A stretch of DNA of 62,918 nucleotides, filler included, from Octopus bimaculoides (Eukaryota): NCBI RefSeq assembly GCF_001194135.2. It is 4 parts of 3 records of this genome, joined end to end, with 100 filler letters (N's around TTAATTAATTAA, not from the genome) between each part and the next. Parts side by side here need not be neighbours in the genome. Positions count along the whole stretch, not along the records: positions 60,063 to 62,918 come from NC_068996.1; 3 more parts are not named here. The stretch is one strand, 5' to 3'. The translations under genes and the position numbers were made by a program. Below the pieces are notes generated by a model. The model did not search any database. It was given only the letters and a program-made list of their open reading frames with translations, and was not told the origin of the DNA. Position 1 is the stretch's first letter. Every line of letters starts with the position of its first letter. Shown here one piece after another: positions 61,262 to 62,918 of this stretch.

Positions 61262-61597
61262 AGACCTCTTTCGGTCATGAATGACCATGAGATTGCACCT
61301 AGAAAGTTATCATCCGAGGCACAAGTCTGGGCAAGGTTGTTTTATGGAAGACCAGCAGTCGCCCATGCATACCGGTCTCCCCTCTGCACGCCTCCAGTGT
61401 TATCCAAGGGAAAGGCAAAGGGGCCGATACAGCTTGGTACCTGTGACGTCACAACTCATTTCTACAGCTGAGTGAACTGGAGCAACGTGAAATAAAGTGT
61501 CTTGCTCAAGAACACAACACGCAGCCCGGTCCGAGATTTGAACTCACAACCTCACGATCGTAAGCTCGACGCTCTAACCACTGAGTCATGCACCTTC
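61262..61597 (-). mobile_element. SINE family D (tRNA head, V-like central domain)
   Basis: Minus strand TGAAGGTGCATGACTCAGTGGTTAGAG..GAGTTCAAATCTC..TTCTTGAGCAAGACACTT..GCTCCAGTTCACTCAGCTG. Confidence 0.75.
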
Positions 61598-61659
61598 ATA
61601 CNNNNNNNNNNATATATATATATATATATACACACACGCGCGCGCGCGTGTGTGCGTGT

Positions 61660-61875
61660 TTTTGTGTGTCTGTGTTTGTCCCCGCGTGACAGACGATGTT
61701 CGTATGTTTGCATCCCCATAACATAACGGTTCGGCAAAAGCGACTGATAGAATAGGTACCTGACTTTTAAGAAATAAGTATTGATGTCGATACATTCGAC
61801 TAAAAATTCTTCATGGCGGTGCCCCAGCATGGCCGCAATCCAATGACTGAAACAAGTAAAAGATAAAAGAGTAAA
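61660..61875 (+). mobile_element. SINE family A 3' module
   Basis: GTGTTTGTCCCC..GGTTCGGCAAAAG..CCCAGCATGGCCGCAATCCAATGACTGAAACAAGTAAAAG. Confidence 0.7.
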
Positions 61876-62109
61876 AAATCATGAATATAGTAAACAAAAG
61901 GCAAGAACGAAATAAGTATAAAAAAAAGAGTTTTCGATTAATTCGATTCCAAAAATACCAATTAAACACTGATTTTGTTTTATTGATTTATCCTGTCTCG
62001 TCCGTTTCGGGACTTGTACCTGTGTTAGAAGTACAGTTATTTAGGAGCAAAATTGTGTTGGATGAATTTATAGGTGTGATAAAGAAATCTAAATATTGGT
62101 GGTAAAGTA

Positions 62110-62540
62110 CGTGGTCTGATCAATAAATATCTTGACTGTTGCCATAGTAACGATGGTAAAGCACACAGAGTGAAGCCGCTTGGTATAGATTGACCTTCAA
62201 CTCTGCTGTGCATGCGGACTAAGTTTTAACGTTCTAGCTCGTTTCCACGTCTGAACCACTCGTTCTCTTGTGTGCGGCTCATATACTCCTCTCCATACAC
62301 TTTCTGCAACTTGAGCAGGTATTAACATGATAACTTTCTCTGTCATGGTCAATGCGACGATCACACGCTGCACAGCTTCCTTCCAAGCACTGCTGTAAAC
62401 AGCAGAAGTGAGGTAGAACATTAAAACTTAGTGCGCAGGCACAGCAACGTTCAAGGTTTATTTTTACCCAACGGCATAACTCTGCATACGTTAGCTTTGT
62501 TACTAAGACAACAATCCGGATATTTATTAATCAGACCTCT
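62110..62540 (-). mobile_element. Mariner-derived MITE with ~135-bp TIRs and an HTH remnant
   Basis: TA|CGTGGTCTGATCAATAAATATC...GATATTTATTAATCAGACCTCT. Imperfect TIRs at ~62110-62245 and ~62405-62540. Minus strand LQKVYGEEYMSRT. Confidence 0.75.
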
Positions 62541-62887
62541 CATGTCTAGGCAAAGGAACAAATTCCAAAATAGATAAGCAAAAAGAAAAAAAATAATAAC
62601 AGTGGAGAATAGCGATTAGAGAACGGCTGAATAAGATATATAAAAGAATGTATAAGATATATAAAAGAATGTATAAGATAAAGAAAAAGAATATTCAAGA
62701 TTAGGGGAAGGTCAGGAAGCGGTCAAGGGAAAACTGACATAATCTAAGTTATAAAAGATGGCTGCAAAAGTTATTTCTGTTGAGTTAAGACGAAAAAACT
62801 TTTACTGTTTTGCTTGTGTGGGTCTCTGTTTGAGCATTTTGGAGCAAGTGTCATTATGTTTGTATGTATGCCAGTGAAATTACGGAT

Positions 62888-62918
<31 letters not shown>

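Overview
AT-rich, gap-ridden, repeat-saturated animal DNA. The SINE, LINE and MITE repertoire and the microsatellites point to a coleoid cephalopod, most likely Octopus (inference, no search run). No intact host protein-coding gene can be supported, and almost all ORF-track entries come from microsatellites or N-runs. The window holds at least four tRNA-derived or LINE-tailed SINE families, Tc1/mariner and pogo/Tigger relics and MITEs, a Gypsy relic and a solo LTR, CRE- and R4/Dong-clade LINE fragments, a Helitron and a U6 snRNA pseudogene. Four observations stand out. (1) A TSD-flanked, tRNA-headed foldback retroelement, present in two insertions with three monomers, whose consensus is a minimal dimer-type hammerhead ribozyme of the Penelope kind. 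(2) A U6 copy fused almost directly to a SINE head. (3) Two mariner relics with internal inversions, one forming a ~100-bp hairpin reminiscent of maize Mu killer. (4) A degenerate (TTAGGG)n tract forming the loop of a 32-bp near-perfect inverted repeat. Family names are assigned from remembered motifs and need Dfam/Repbase confirmation.
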